Part shown: one piece after another, positions 61,931-64,000 of the stretch
Position numbering within the stretch: the first letter of the stretch is position 1
Layout: the number at the start of each line of letters is the position of its first letter
Origin: Blasia pusilla
Lineage: Eukaryota
Direction of reading: 5' to 3'
Assembly: GCA_050084515.1 (NCBI GenBank)
Contig: CM114271.1
Span: 38,564,001 to 38,628,000 of the forward strand
DNA: 64,000 nucleotides
The notes under the pieces: generated by a model
Databases searched by the model: none
The model's input: only the letters and a program-made list of their open reading frames with translations
Told to the model about the DNA's origin: nothing
Translations under genes and position numbers: made by a program

Positions 61931-64000
61931 CTAGATGGGGGTTTACTGAGATAGTAAACCCACATCCTCAATCAATAGTATAGATTGTACATGTTAGTTG
62001 ACATAATCTATGCACTTGTCATTTTGTTGGGCGTTAGAATAGAGAGATGGCTATACTTAAGGTAAGACTTGAAGGGGCTTATCCTTTTGTAGTTGGACCT
62101 TCCATGTATAAATAGGCTAGGGCACAATTGTGTGGAATTTATCTTTAACTTTGATAACGTGAAGTAGAGGGTAGATTTGGCTCCATTGATTGATTTGATC
62201 AAAAAAAATTTCTAGGTGATTTCATAATTGAAATATTTCTTCTATATATTGATGTATATTCATGGTATATGTTGTGTTTATAGTTATTAATATACGTGCG
62301 TATAGGTTGCAACCTTGCAAGATACATATCTTGTGTATATAAAGCATAAAATTAACAATACTAGTCACTGCATGTACCATTCACAAGTTAAGGAAGAGAC
62401 CTCCTTCTTCTATGTAGGTTGAAAATAATTAAATTATTATAGGGGATATGTGTTACAACAAGAGGCCTTGAGAAAGGATAGGTGTCAAATAGGGAGATGT
62501 TTGTTATTGAGACCCAATTGCTAATATAGTCTTCTTCCGTACAATGCACAGGTTTAAAAAACCTCCCAAAATGATAATTATCTCTCAAAATTATGAAGTG
62601 CCATATTACATCAATTTCGATCTTGTTGGCTCAAAAGGAAAACGATCTTATTAGCCGAAAGTGCCAATTATCAAGAGGAGAAGTGTTCGAAAAATGAAAG
62701 GGGACTCTCTAATAGTAATATAGACATGTAAAAGATCTTTTGTCGTGCGCAATATGAATATAATTAAAGATTACGTGGGCACTGACCATTTGGATATAGT
62801 TTTGAGAGTAAATACATAAGGTTTATTTGAGATTTATGGAAATGCTCTAAAAATATTAAAGTGCTTGAATATTAATCCTAAATTAATTTATTTTTAGATT
62901 GGAGAATAATCCATAGGATAAGTGAAGGAATAGGAATGATTAAACGTGGAATGTATGCATGTCTAAACTAAATTAAATTTTTTCTCAAAAGAAAAGAGAG
63001 AATTTGTTTCCCTTTTATATCATAAAAAAAATAAAAATAAGATATAGAGGTGTAGACTTTTATAAGAACAAATAAATATCTATAACACTTAAAAACCCAC
63101 TTTTTTTCAATGGGATGATACCACATTAGAATCCTTGCTATTAAAGAGAAAACTATAAGAACGGAAAGAGTTCTCTCAAATTGACTTATCTTGGTTGTAA
63201 ATTCTCATTTACAACCTTCATTTATAAAAACAAATTTGAAGAAAATTCCATGGAATTTCTTCAAGAAACACTAGAATGATTTTTACAAGAAGAGTTTGAT
63301 CAATAATTGGAAAAGAAATCCATAACTCTTGCAACCAACTAAACCATAATCTATTTGTCTTGCTTTTGTCTAGCTAGTTAATTAAAGTGATCTTCGATGC
63401 ATGGAAAATGGAATGGTCCTTGCAATGTGTATGTGAATTTGCGTAGAGCTTTATTTTGGTGCTCTCTTCATATCTTAATTTTGGTCATTCATTTTGGATT
63501 TTTAGTTTCTCTTGCGCTAAGAAAACTTGGCAAAATGGTTGAGGTAACTATAGATAGTCCCATGAAACCAAGACCTTATTCCACTTAGCAATAGGAAACC
63601 TCACCAAATCTTTATTTTATTATTATTTAGAAAATTATAGATAATGAAATATCTCACATAAGTCCCATTTACATTTATTAATTTTCCTCATGGTCAGCTT
63701 TAATCTCCATTTTATCTCTATTAATATTTCTTGGGACTAATGACTTTGAAATTTGTTTAGAAAATAATTCTCATAATAGAAAAAAAAGCAAGCTTGATAT
63801 TTGGAATGTTAACCAAAGAAACCTATTTTTCTCTCAATAGACCTATTTTTTTAGTAGTGAGTCACACTTCCCTCCATTATCTAAATAATTAAAAGTCTTC
63901 AAAATGGAGATTCTCTAGTTCCCTCAAACCAATTGCACATTTTTAGGGCTTTCATCTATAGTATTTCTATTATTAGAATTATTTGCTTGTCTACCTTCCC

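Overview
Eukaryotic, repeat-dense plant DNA, most consistent with a moss or other non-seed land plant. I found no intact host gene. The window is dominated by six decayed copies or remnants of one unusual Ty3/gypsy-type retroelement family (4887-~10930 on the minus strand; ~11510-15167, 21735-31349, 37446-38181, 40154-~53812 and ~55548-~61100 on the plus strand). Its polyprotein order is Gag(2 Zn knuckles)-protease-DNMT3-like cytosine-5 methyltransferase-RT-RNaseH-DDE integrase-PHD finger. The family has no conventional LTR pair. The 5' end is segment A (TGTCA...). The 3' end is PPT-B, PPT-B-NN-A or PPT-B-NN-A-B, where B ends in ...GCACGACA. The same CA-NN-TG junction is seen four times. One full-length copy (21735-31349) has no terminal direct repeat but is flanked by a 4-bp duplication (CATA). 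This resembles the split direct repeats of tyrosine-recombinase elements, yet here the integrase is DDE-type, which suggests integration at an internal att junction (circularly permuted LTR). A conventional chromovirus (42329-49645, minus strand; ~1-kb LTRs, Met PBS, PPT, chromodomain, TCGAC TSD) is nested in one copy. A related solo LTR, a related 3' fragment and several non-coding repeat families are also present. Inner domain boundaries are approximate and identities were judged by eye.
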